DNA of 64,000 bases from the human T2T-CHM13v2.0 reference genome, Homo sapiens, in NCBI RefSeq assembly GCF_009914755.1, contig NC_060926.1. One strand, written 5' to 3'. Of this stretch, positions 1-13,409 are shown in pieces. Both the position numbers and the translations under genes were made by a program. The notes under the pieces were generated by a model. That model saw only the letters and a list, made by a program, of their open reading frames with translations. It had not been told where the DNA came from and searched no databases. How positions within the stretch are numbered: position 1 is the first letter of the stretch; the number at the start of each line of letters is the position of its first letter.

Positions 1-713
1 TCAAGAGTTTGGCTTTAGATCTAGTGAGTGGGAAACACCAATGAGGTGGAGTGGAGACAGAGTCTGCAGGGGGATGTAAGGACCTGGATGAGGTGGGGGC
101 GAGCTGGGCGCTGGAACCAAGTGTGTGGGATTCCTCGGCACGGGGAGGAAATGTACAGCCATGAAGCTCAATATGCTCACTCAGACGAGAGTGTGGTTCG
201 AGAAGGGGGCTCAGGACAGAGCGCTGGGGAACCAGGGATGAAGAGATCACAGCGAGGAAGAGAATCCAGCTAGGGAACTGCAGGGCGGGAGGAAGAACAC
301 AGACTACGGCGTCCTGGAAGCCAAGAAAAGAAAACAGGGGCCTTGGCAATGACCCTAGGCACTTCCAGAGGATGCTTGTATCAAGCAGGTAAGGGGACTG
401 GGGCTCCCAGAGGATGGGCCACCCCGTTTCAGTGCATGGCCCGGCGCCTCTTTAGAAGAGGAAGCCCCTGGATTCCAGAACGTGCTGGCTCCACCCAAGG
501 CAGACAGCAGTGAGGCCACACACTATTCCCAGCCCCTTTCTCTCTGAAAAGAGCCCTTTGTAACTTCTTTGAGAAGGAAACACCTCCGTCAGGGGAGGAA
601 CATTATTTGCTTCCTGTTAGAACAGACTTTTACTTAGGATCAAGCTCGGTGTCAGCCCCATCCCCACAGGGAGCAATAAGGGAAAGAGGAGGGAGGGGGC
701 CGCAGACACTCAC

Positions 714-850
714 TTGTGGGGGCTGGTTTCGCAGGAACGGCTCCGGAGAGCTTGAAGAGGGGTAGGCTGCAGGCCCACAGCCGCAGTCTCTCTCAGCTAG
801 AAACCCTCCTCCCTCCTCTGCCAGCCTGTCCTCCCCGGGCTCCGTTCGAA
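714..850 (-). ncRNA. PIRAT1: Putative first exon of a minus-strand lncRNA (likely LINC00211/PIRAT1); 5' end approximate
   Basis: Minus-strand donor CAA|GTGAGT at 714/713 in a locally GC/CpG-rich patch, with ETS and CCAAT motifs upstream. Identity rests on recalled position about 50 kb upstream of, and divergent from, RMDN2. Confidence 0.5.
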
Positions 851-955
851 AGGCCTGGGAGATAGGGAGAAGGCTGGTCAGCCTGGGCGGTTAGTGGCTG
901 GTTTAACACTTCCTTGCCTGCCAGCCCTTTCCCAGGAAGACTACAGCCAATCATT
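850..955 (-). promoter_or_regulatory. Proximal promoter motifs: PU.1/ETS site and CCAAT box
   Basis: CACTTCCTT at 907-915 (AAGGAAGTG on minus); AGCCAATCA at 945-953. Confidence 0.45.
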
Positions 956-1330
956 CATTCATTCAAAAGCTCTTTGCCAAGCACCTACTCTGTGCTAGGT
1001 CTGTGCCCAGCATGGGGACACAGTATTAGGAAAAAAAAAAAAAACAAAAACCAGACATCCCCCATCTGCCCTGAACTTACAGTCTAGTGGGATAAATTAA
1101 ACAAGGCACGCAAACACCTCTACAGCCACAAATGTGATAAGGCTCTAAGTGAATATCGCACATGACAGTGGCCCTGCTGAAGGCCAGGCAGAGGTTCCTT
1201 CTTGAGGAAGGACGTCTCTGAATCTCCAGAAGCCAATAGAATCTGTAGCAGCAGAAGAAAGGGTCAGGGTTCTAGAACTGCCCACTACGACTTTAGAAGC
1301 TGACCCATCTCTGTTATGCCGCGGCTGCGA
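951..1330 (-). mobile_element. L2 3' fragment
   Basis: (CATT)n tail followed by gcacctactctgtgctagg, typical of an antisense L2 3' end. Confidence 0.6.
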
Positions 1331-2639
1331 TGTTTTAAGTCCCCAAAGCCCAGAGCACATCGTGGAGCATGGAAGTGGTTCACTGAGAAGCTGAATCTAG
1401 TCCTGGGGCTGCTGGTGTGGAGGGTGTGTTCCGCTCTTGGGGCAGCAGCAACAGGTGCCGTGAGAGGCTCAGAGCTTTTGAAGCAGAAATGGCAATACTC
1501 TACATCTTCAGCAAATATTTGGGAGTCTTTTGTTAAAAGAAGAGCAGAATAAATATCTATGCCTCTTGTAAAACCCAAAGGAAAGCTCTCAGATAGGCTT
1601 CTTTAGGGCTATGACCATCTCTGCAGCTTCACTATACTGAGTTAAGTCTGTAGAGCATCTGTAACCCTAGGCATGTGTGTCCACAACCTCCACACGTACA
1701 CAAGGACACTCCTACAGAGGACAGGCCGTGCGGACAGTTAGGGGAGGACAGTGGAGGCCGCTTCAGTTCACTTCGGTGCTTTGGATTCAAGTGTTTTTCT
1801 GTTTCATTTTCTGGGTAGCTGATTATTAAGCTAAACACTCCTTTGACGGTTGAAAATACATTAGTCCCTTTTCTTGCACGAATCTAATTCACCAAAGCCT
1901 ATTAAAGTGCTTTTGGACCAGTGAGGAAATTTAATGCTCAAGTATTTTATTCTGAATTCCAATTTTCCTTGTGTTATGATTTTACCTATAGGTGGTTGGG
2001 TTGATTGTATGGTAAAGATGAAAAAAAGCGTATTTGGAAAGAACATGACAATTCTCAAGGTGTTTATACTACTTTACTGTATTTGATCCTTGCAACTGCC
2101 ATGTGAATTAGGCAAGAAATATTTCAGTTTTACAAATGAGAAAACTTCTGTCCTGAGACATTAAGTGATATACTCAAAGGTCATATAATAATTTGTTTTG
2201 TTTTTATCTTGACTACCATACTCCTCTATACCACCTTCAGGACTCTGGAAGTCAGATATATGTGAGTTTTTTGTCAACTAAATTCATAGTTGTCTTAATA
2301 TTCATCCCTTGCTAAAATTAAGGTGCAGAAATAAAATCTGTCTAATAGAGAAATATAAATCCATCTTTTGTCTGGATAATCAAATTTTACTATATTTTGT
2401 TTTAATCCTGAGAATGAAATTTTACAAATAGCTCAGGAGGTTTTCCCTAGAGTTCCAAATAAAAGTGTGTGGATCATATACACGTTCTGCTTAATCACAT
2501 GACGGTTCCAAATTTTTAATTTCAATCCTTCATTACGATGAAAATTTTTGCGTTTTTTTTCCACCAGCTCTTTGTTTTGTTTTTCAATGGCTCAGGAAAG
2601 GAGAGGGGTGTGGGAGACTCTGTCTCTTTTGACAATCAC

Positions 2640-2656
2640 TAGCGCCATCTACTGTC
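2640..2656 (-). promoter_or_regulatory. CTCF core motif
   Basis: Minus strand GACAGTAGATGGCGCTA closely fits the CTCF consensus; CpGs are retained in the AT-rich surroundings. Confidence 0.6.
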
Positions 2657-3446
2657 AAGAAATAAAATCGTGACTCATTGTTAACGCGTCAATGAACTTT
2701 AGGGCTTAAAGAGGGAAAGACAATTTTATACCCCAGTACTTACTGATAAATATAAGTTCATGTACACATATTTTTATCTTATATTATTGTATTCTTAAGT
2801 AGCCTATAGGGAGAATACAATGAACTTAATATATAATCATTTATGTAATTCTTAAGAGCACTAACTTTGGAAGAGGATAAAAATGGGGTGAATTTCAGCT
2901 AAACCACTTAATAGCTACGTGATTTCTCTTACCCTCAGTCTTTTCATCTGCAAAATATGAACAATTATACTTAGAAGGTTGTTTTCTTGATTAAATGACA
3001 TATGTAAAATTTACCCCAAAGCTAGCAGATCAAGGCAGCTATTGTTATACGACATTTATGGAGCACACGCTGGATATCAGCCTCTGCTGGGGGCTTGCTT
3101 CACAGCAATCCTGTGAGCTGGAGAGGCTCTGAGCTAGCAAGTACTGTGTCCAAGATTACACAACTAAATGAGAAGCATTTTTAAGTCCAATTTTCCATCT
3201 GATTTCAAAGTTGTTATCGTTTCTGCTATCTCACAGAGCATGGCTATGAATCCCCTTCTGATACATATCTGTGAAGGTTCATTTTAGGCCCACTAGGGAA
3301 GATCTGCTTTTCATATATTTATATGGGCTCCATCCTTTGTGGTCTGATGTGTGTAGCTCATTGTAGGGATGTGCCAAGTTTGCCTAACCACGCTATAGTT
3401 AAGAAAGTAACTTCAGGAAGACTCAAAGGATTTTATATGCAACCCT

Positions 3447-3500
3447 GATCATAACCCAAGATGAAAAGGATGATAAACCTTTTCATCTTGGGTTATGATC
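3447..3500. repeat. Perfect 23-bp inverted repeat with 8-nt loop
   Basis: GATCATAACCCAAGATGAAAAGG (3447-3469), loop ATGATAAA, CCTTTTCATCTTGGGTTATGATC (3478-3500). Confidence 0.97.
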
Positions 3501-4041
3501 TACCACCCTCACAGCATTTTATACAGAATTCTCTGATACTGTTACCTACCATGTGATGTTTTGTTTTTTCTTTTCTTTTCTTTCTTTCTTTTTTCTTTTT
3601 TTTTTTTTTTTAACAAAGCTGTCTCTCTTTCTGGAATAGAATTCCTCAAGGGCACAACTCATGCTTGATAAATCAATGAATAGATGAATGAAAAGTGATT
3701 ACGTATTATAATCCCAGTGTGAAGTGATGAGGCCTTCACAAGGCCTTTGAAGATAAGGACCGTAAATTCTCCCTACACCAGCACGTGGTGATTATCCATC
3801 TGAGATTTACTGACTTCAGTTGAATCAAGTTGGCTAAAAGTTACCCTCAAGATACTTCTTTAAAGATAACCCACTTCAGAGTGCCAGTCTTTCCTCCTAC
3901 GCTAAATCCAAAGAGAATTTTTAAAATTCAAATTTATTCTCTAGAGAATTTAAGATTTTCTTGAGATTCAACAATAGTAACAATTATAAACAGATAAAAT
4001 GCATATATAAGTCACAAAATTGTATTGCTAAAGTGGCTTTT

Positions 4042-4326
4042 ATTTTTATTTGAGATGGAGTCTCGCTCCTTCTCCAAGGCTGGTGTGCAGTGGCATGATC
4101 TCAGCTCACTGCAACTTCCATCTCCTGGGTTCAAGCAATTCTCCTGCCTCAGCCTCCTGAGTAGCTGAGATTACAGGCTTGCATGACCACATCCAGCTAA
4201 TTTTTGTTATTTTTAGTAGAGACGGGGTTTTGCCACGTTGGCCAGGCTGGTCTCGAACTTCAAGAGATCCACCCACCTCAGTTTCCCAAAGTGCTGGATT
4301 ACAAGTGTAAGCCACTTTGCCTGGCC
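4042..4326 (-). mobile_element. Alu (S/J type)
   Basis: Antisense Alu dimer; degenerate TSD taaagt(g/c)gctttt. Confidence 0.95.
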
Positions 4327-4355
4327 TAAAGTCGCTTTTTAAATCAAGGGTTCTC

Positions 4356-4550
4356 GCTGTGTATGGTGGCTCACACATGTAATCCCACCTCTTTGGGAGG
4401 CCAGAGGTTGAGCAGGAGGACCACTTGAGCTCAAGAGTCTGAGGCTGCAGTGATGAGCTATGAGCTTGAGCTATGATCAAGCCACTGCACTCCAGCCTGG
4501 GTGACAGAGTGAGACCCCCCCCATCTCTAAAAACACAACAAAACAAAAAA
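4356..4550 (+). mobile_element. Monomer-length or internally deleted Alu (FRAM/AluJ-like)
   Basis: Alu 5' end joined to right-arm 3' end plus A-rich tail, about 190 bp. Confidence 0.85.
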
Positions 4551-4664
4551 AACCTAAGAGGGCTCTGTCACTCATCTATTAAAAAAAAAAGGCAACCTCA
4601 CCGAAGTGTTTTGAGTATTAAATAAAATAACATATATAGAACACCTAGCATAGTGCTGACTCAC

Positions 4665-5060
4665 CTCATTCTTTCACTCAAAAATATATTTCCAGAGCTC
4701 CTGCCATGTGCCACATAGACAATGTTCTAGGCACTAATGGTGTGACAGCAAACGAGACAAAATCCTACCCTCATGAAACTTACGTGGGGGTTGCAGGAGG
4801 CACCAAATGGCAGGCAGGAAATCCAACAAATAAGCAAATGAACAGTGCTACAGGGAAAAGTTAAGGAAGGGCAGGAGAGCAGGAGTGCCAGGAGGTACTG
4901 GTTTAGATAGAGCAGCCATTAAGGGCCTCACTGAGCAGTGGTTCTTGAGCGCAGAGCAGATGAACTGAGAGTGTACTATGAGGATGCCCGGACAAAAGCA
5001 TCTCAAACAGAAAGGACAGGAAACAGATCCCCTGGGATGGAAGTATGCTTGACTCAATAT
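4665..5060 (-). mobile_element. L2 fragment
   Basis: Antisense L2 3'-region similarity (cattctttcactca...gttctaggcact...ccctcatgaaacttac). Confidence 0.55.
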
Positions 5061-7364
5061 CAGCCAAGAGGGGTCCCTTCTCACCTCTACTCCCACACCT
5101 GAGCCCTTTGGTTTTCTTAATGGTGGCTCCCGTGATGATATTGATTTTAGGTGCGTAAGTATTGGCCATGCCTGCACATAGATGGAGAGACCTCATTGAC
5201 AAAAACCTGCTCCTTGCAATGTGCCTCAAAGGCATAAAGAAAAGTAGCTAAGATGAAGTTCTCTGTGGAAGACTACTTCTGTTCGTGACTATTTGATTTA
5301 CAATGTTGTAAAGGGTGACTGGGTTTCCAGGCTAGACCGCAGGACCCTACCTAATGTTTCACATAGAAGGAACATGGGGCACTTGTAATAGAATACAGTG
5401 GAAGACAACCCTGTTACCACTGTGTAGCATGATGTTCTAAATTCTATTCCAGCTCTGACATTCCATAATTCTATGTATATAAAAGGAGCAAAGGGAAAAT
5501 TCATTACCTGCAGTAGAAGTTAAATGGGCCTTTGTGGGTTGACCTGGAGACCCAACACACACTTATAACATTCTCTTTGCAGAAAAATGAGTTCTGGGTT
5601 TCAAGTGCTACACTTACAGACGTTCAGAACATAGACCATTTATGAATTGGAGACTTCCTGTGGTAGGTGAGAGTGTCCCTGGTGGCAACGGGCAGGAAGA
5701 GATTAAAGAGCAAAGCCCAGAACTACTGTAGCTGGAGCCTTAATGAGGGAAACCCTGATCATGACGGACAACCCAGACAGAGTCCTCGGAGAGCCGCCAG
5801 CTCTCCGGCTAGTGCCGGTATAGCATGCAGGCACACTGCGAGTCATGGAGTGCCCTGCACAGCCTTCTGTAGAAGTCAACTGATAGAGCCCTCTAAAGAA
5901 AGGACCCGAAAAAATGTCAATGTACTTTTCTTTTTACTTTCTTGGGGGTACATGTCCTTCCCCCTCATCATCTGTCTCTTGTATTGTTACAGTAGAAATG
6001 CAAAGTGGAAAAAAATTGTATTTTGGATAACAGCTTTAGTTATTCAGGATAGGATGTTGTCGCAAAACACTAAACTTGAAAACTAGGCATTATTCAGAGA
6101 GAAAAAGTTCTTCCAAATGCTTTGATCTCCTGCTTTAACATATGAAAATCCAGACAGGACCATAAAAGTCTATATAGGAAATAAAAAGAGGTGAGAGGAA
6201 AGTCTATTTAGTCCCAGGAAGGTGTAGGAAGAGAAAGAAGCCAATGGAGCAGGTGAGACCACAAGCTTCTCCTTCATACCCCCAACTCCTGCAACCTTGG
6301 GGCATCATGGGAGCAGGAGGAGGTTGGGTGTTTCAGAAACATTCAGCCAGGTAAAAGAACATTTAGTAATGGTGTGCTTGTCCCAGGATGAGGGAGTGTA
6401 AATCCATACAGGTCAGCGCTGTCAACGGATGTCCTGCAGAACCCTTTTCCCCTGCACTGTCTGATAAGTTGGAAATTGACAGTAACTGTTCAGACACTTT
6501 TATGGCAATCTGACGTTGTTGCAACATCCAAGTGTGTGGTCTATGGAGCCATCCCGTGAAACAGGGAGGAGGCCTGCTCACCTGCTGTCACACTCGCACG
6601 CTGAGTCACAGCAGGTGCAAGCTGTGTGCTACATGTGGGAGGGAGAATGAGCGGCCGACAAGAAGCCAACAATGCATAAAGTTTTCAGAAAATCAGCATT
6701 TGGGTATTTTAACTTGCTACTTTCATGATCGTTTTACTTTTTAATCAAGCCTATTATTTAATTTATAGCTAATGTTGTTAACTAAATTAAAGAAGTTAAA
6801 TTTGTACTATTTTTGACCCTAATTGATAAGCAGTAAAATAAGCTTTTCTGGGCTTTATTTTTTTAAGAAATCAATCATAATTTCTGATTCAAGAAATACA
6901 TGATTATTGTAGAAAATTTGGAAAATATAAAAAATGCCAATTTCCTAGAATCTAACAATATGCTTGCCAAATGCTGTTTTCTATACATAGATATGTATGT
7001 CCTGTAAAGGCACACTTTACTGAATGTGGCAGTAGTGATAAACCAGATGATGACAATGGAAGTGATTCCAAAGAAACAAAAATCAAAGGTCCTCATGTAG
7101 TTTAGTCTGAACTATAATCTCTATAGATTTTGTACCATATTGAAGATGAAGTGCTAACACTATAGTGTTAGTTGCAGAGAAGTACTGGCTGATGATGCAA
7201 TAAAACCATCTGAACTTAAGTGGCATTTACAGGTGAGAAATTTTTTAGAAGTTTAAAGTCAAAGAAATTATTTGAAAAATGAATATTGAGTCAGCGAGCT
7301 AACAGAAGCAAATCCTCAGAATTTCTCATTTAAACATCAGTGCTTTGCTGCTACATATAAATGA

Positions 7365-7811
<447 letters not shown>

Positions 7812-7915
7812 TCTAGTACCACTTTCTAATGACTCCATAACCTGACATGTTCAGGAAATGGCTAATGATCTAGGAGACCAACTCAAGAACGAATGAAGCA
7901 GTCAAGTAGTTTTCT

Positions 7916-8008
7916 TTTTGAGAGGAAAGAGGGTGCAATTACTAATTAAACTAGGACAACAGGCATAAATCCACACAGTTCAGGCAAACCATGATGAATG
8001 ATCAATCT
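7916..8008 (+). mobile_element. MER94-like (hAT-Blackjack) fragment
   Basis: ttttgagaggaaagagggtgcaattactaatta...ggacaacaggcataaatcc...caggcaaacc matches the recalled MER94 consensus, lacking its 5' end. Confidence 0.6.
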
Positions 8009-8044
8009 ATTCAAGAACCTCAATCTCAGTATGTGGCACAGAAG

Positions 8045-8300
8045 TAAACTCATCAACTTCGTTTCAAACCTTATCTTTCTCCTATATTCTCTATAGTATT
8101 TACTAATATCACCATCCATCTAGGTATCCAAGCCAGAAACCTGAAAGTAGTCTCTGACATGTTCTTTCTACCCCTTCATCCCCATATCCTCATCCTACTC
8201 CTTCAACTTGGCCTCATGAATATTTCTTGGATGTATTTGTTTCTCTATATCCTACTCTAACTGCTCTGGTACAGGCTCCCACCTTTCTAGCTGGTCTATA
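8045..8300 (+). mobile_element. L2 fragment
   Basis: caccatccatctaggtatccaagccagaaacctgaaagtagtctctgac is typical L2 3' sequence. Confidence 0.65.
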
Positions 8301-9253
8301 ATGCTAACAAAGTGCTGTCTGTTTCAACTTGATGAATACACACGTATTGCCGACTTGGTGTAAAGGAAAAATTGTGTTTAGCAACTTAATCACCATGAAA
8401 CACAACTAGCTCTGAACCATATACAACTGGGAAGGACTATATTATAAATAACTATGATGAAGAGTTTAAATTGCATGTATGAATATGGTCTGGTGTTGTA
8501 ATTCCAATGACAGGAAAACATTATGGAATGGTTACCCAGCTTAAGGAGCTTGTGCCAGTGACTGTTAATTAATTTCTAGTTTTCTTCATTGAGAAAATCC
8601 TGTTAAAAACCTTTTACAAGTCAGCCGAACTACACAGTGTGCTTAGTGATATAGTAAAAACTGAATGACCTCACAGCCAATATGTTCAATTCAAATCATT
8701 TTCTTTATTATGTGTTAATATGGATACTGATCCAAACAATAACAATCGTTTCTTGATGAGGTGGGATGGTCATTGAAGGGAAACGTTCTGTCAAGTCAAG
8801 GATGTTTGAACTATGACATGAAGTCATAGTTATGTTTCTGCAAGATAAGAAATCAGTTTAGTCCTAACTTTTGCAGATATGAAACGGACAGTCAGACTTG
8901 CTTACTTGTTTGATGTCTTCAATATTTTTAATGATCATGGTATTTCCATGCAAGGAAGGGAAGCAGCATGCTCTTCAAAGGTAGACAAAGGGCAAACACA
9001 AAAGTTAGGAGCTTGGAATCAGAGTTTCTACATATTGGGATGACAATAGTTACCATACAGTTACTATAATAATCTCATTAGAGCACACCTGAGGAAAGTA
9101 ATTGTCACGCATCTTATGCATTTTATAGAATGTTTTCAATATATCCATCCAAAAGAGTCATACACAGGAAATTCATGTATGTAAAATCTATTTCTTTTAT
9201 TAAATGATAGTTGAAATATTCCACTGTAACAAGTAAAGAAAATATTCGAACTA

Positions 9254-9577
<324 letters not shown>

Positions 9578-11990
9578 TAATGTTCAAAATGTCAGTAGAA
9601 GGTACACATAATTCATAAATAAATAGGCCTATACTGGCAATGTGGGCCCCAGTAGTTTTTGCTGATTGAGGTGTGCTATCATCAAAATTTGGAGTCTCTT
9701 GATTTAGAAGATAGAAATATCAGAATATTTTAGCTGATGTGATTAAAAATTTGATTTCATTCTTTAATTTCCCCTTAGTTGAGTCCTTCTGATTATGTTC
9801 TTCCATATGTCTATATGAAAAGAGAACGTTAAAGATACAGACTTTGAATCACAGTTCCAGACTGATGATCATGCTTTCTCATGATAAATTAATAAAGTGG
9901 TTTCTGATTACGACTCACTTTGCCATATAGTAAGTACAGAAAATTGTAAACAGTCCAGTCCATTTTTTCTCACTAAGAAGAGTAGTTGACATTTGGTGTT
10001 GACCTCCGTCTCCTACACTTGGTCTCTAGCCTGAGTTGGTCTCTCAGACTCTGATGAATCTGACGCCTTACCTGTGGGGATCTTGGTCAGGAACCCCTCA
10101 GTAAAGCACCTGCCACTGAGGGTCTTCTTTTGAACCAGCAGTTCTCAGACTGTATTTTTATCCCACCCCATCCCCACTGCATAGTTCTGCTTTAGTCCAT
10201 TTTACATTTTCAGCTTTGGCATAAGATTTCCTTCTAAGAACAGTTGGAAGCTAGTGCCTTGCTTTGCTGCCACCATTTGCATCTGCTCTCAATGCTGAGC
10301 TCTCTGGTTTCATCTAATATTACCTGCAAACCTACAAAGACACGTCTTTTCTCAGATGGGTGTGTGTCTTTACTAGCCTTTATTTGTCTACCTCCACATC
10401 AGCCTGAGGTGCTCCCTGCCCCACAACCTCCCCTCAGCATCTCAGAATTCCTGGAATCCCTCTGGCAACACCTTTGTCAGTTTCCGCCTGTGGCATCCTT
10501 AAAGCCAGAGCTCTCCATTGTGTGTGCCTTCTGTAGACTCCAGCAGAGCTCTTTCTACATAGAAATACATAGTTACTTTCAGTGGCCAACACCACAATTA
10601 CTTTTGCACCAACTGAATAGCTTCCAACTCCCCTAAAGACTCCCTCCAACCTCCTCCTCCCTACCCTCACTGCTCAGACTCTTTCTGTCCCTCTCAATTC
10701 TCCCTGGATCATCCCATGATACAACAACTGAAGGGTTAATGCCTGCCCTGGCAGGGGACTTCAGACCCTTCCTAGCCCTACTGCCTTGCAAATCACTCCC
10801 GCTGCTTAAATAGCATTGAGAGAGGCATAAGATTAAGGTAATTAACATTTGCTGAACCCTCTAAGGGAAGGAATTATGGAGGTGAAGCTTTTGACATCAC
10901 CTAGGCATGCTCTGAGCTTTTCTACATGGATCTTCCTCTGTGGAGGAAGAAACTAAATAGCTTTTCATGTGGTTTCATGATTTTATGATCTTTTTGTCTG
11001 CCATATACAAAAAGAGATGAAGATATTTTTATTATTTCAGTGGCTGGCAGATAATACCCTCTTCACAGGAATCTCATACTTGTTGGAAAAATCCTCAATA
11101 GGGCCACTAGAGCAGGTGAGTCTCTGAGGGGGTGGGGAGGGTGGTAGTGGATCTTAGCTGGTGCTAAGACCGTCTGGAAAGGGCACACAGTGCAAGGAGA
11201 CAGGATCATTTGCTCTCTTGTGAAGGAGTGGAGATGAGGTTAGGAAGTGGGGGAGGGAAGAGAGGAGAAAGGAGAGCACAGGAGGTGGCAGAATGTGGAA
11301 TACGATGTCATATAACTCCCTGGGACTTCTCTGTGACATCACTAGCTTTGTGAGATGATTAAGAGAAAGACCAGTTACAGAAATTTCCGAGGAGTCGAAG
11401 TTTCCAGATTGAAGGCAGATGAAACAATATTCATGAATGCAGGAGTCCAGTAGAGTCCCAATAGAAAGTTTTCCAAATCCCCAAATGGCAGGGGAGGTCT
11501 CAGCTGGCATCTAGGTTCCACAGTTAATCACTTTAAGTCAGTTTTCATATCTAAATAAATATAACTTGCTTGCTTTACTCATTTTCAAATTTTGGGAGGA
11601 GACTGTACCAAGTACCTTTTTGGTCCTCCTCAACTCAAGACATCCTAATTCCTTTGATGCTCTAAATTACAGGTTCCCAAAGTCTGGTCTTTGAAAGCTC
11701 TCCAAGTGGTCTGTGGGTTGCTCAAATGCAATGGGAAGGTTTTGTTAGAAGAGGATTTTCTACTAGAGATTTGAATTCTCCATAAAAGGGTACAGAAATA
11801 GATATTTGAAAATTATAACCACAAAGATGGTCACATGCTAGGCAGACACTTCAAATGGTGTGGGGTGTGTGTGTTCTGTGGTTGCAAGCAGAAGCTTTGA
11901 GGTAGGCGGTCCAAGAGATTCCTTCAGCATGGTTCACAGTCTGAAGTCTCATTTAGGATGAAGTTAAGCCAAACTCTTACAGGGCCATTA

Positions 11991-12395
<405 letters not shown>

Positions 12396-12575
12396 CTAAA
12401 CCTTTGCAATTTCGTTTCTGACCACAGTGGAGGGATGTCTTGGCCACATCACCCTCATATCCAATTTTATATCTAGTAATATAAACAACTACTCAGCTTT
12501 GAAGTTTAATGCCGAGTCATATTTTAGGGGATGGTTTGGAAAGAGACTGGCTAGGAAATCCTTCCTCAGAAGGGG

Positions 12576-12910
<335 letters not shown>

Positions 12911-13409
12911 AGAAATGGTCTTTTGAAAACCTTCATTAATCTTCACTGTAGCACCTATTTTCCAATTTTAATATAAACAATGCTGCTCCATCCATTGGTT
13001 CAAAACTATGGCAAGAATAGAGATCATTCAGATGTCAATAATTTGGAAGTGGTATAATTGCATGTAATCCCCCCAAATCATAATCAAACAGACATAGAAA
13101 CTAGAATGATGAAAGAACATTGAGGTCACTTTCAACAAAACTGGGTGAAAAGGAATTCTCACAACTCCAGAATATGGGTGGGTGAACCAAAACATGAGAC
13201 AGCAGCAGGAGCTGAGAGAGCAAAGAAAGTCCAGAAATATTGTATGAACCACAGCATCTCTAAATTGCCAACGAAACCTGCCCTTCAAAAGAGGAGACTA
13301 TACATTGTGTGAGAATCTATGTGAGCAAACTGAAAAACATTTCGGGAGAAAAGCTCCCATGTGATGGGGGAAGATGGCGGGACTGTGCTGTTGTCAACTT
13401 GGTCTGACA

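Noticed and set aside
5667-6086. 139-aa ORF in non-repeat DNA
   Set aside because: GTG start, no recognisable domain and no supporting exon structure.
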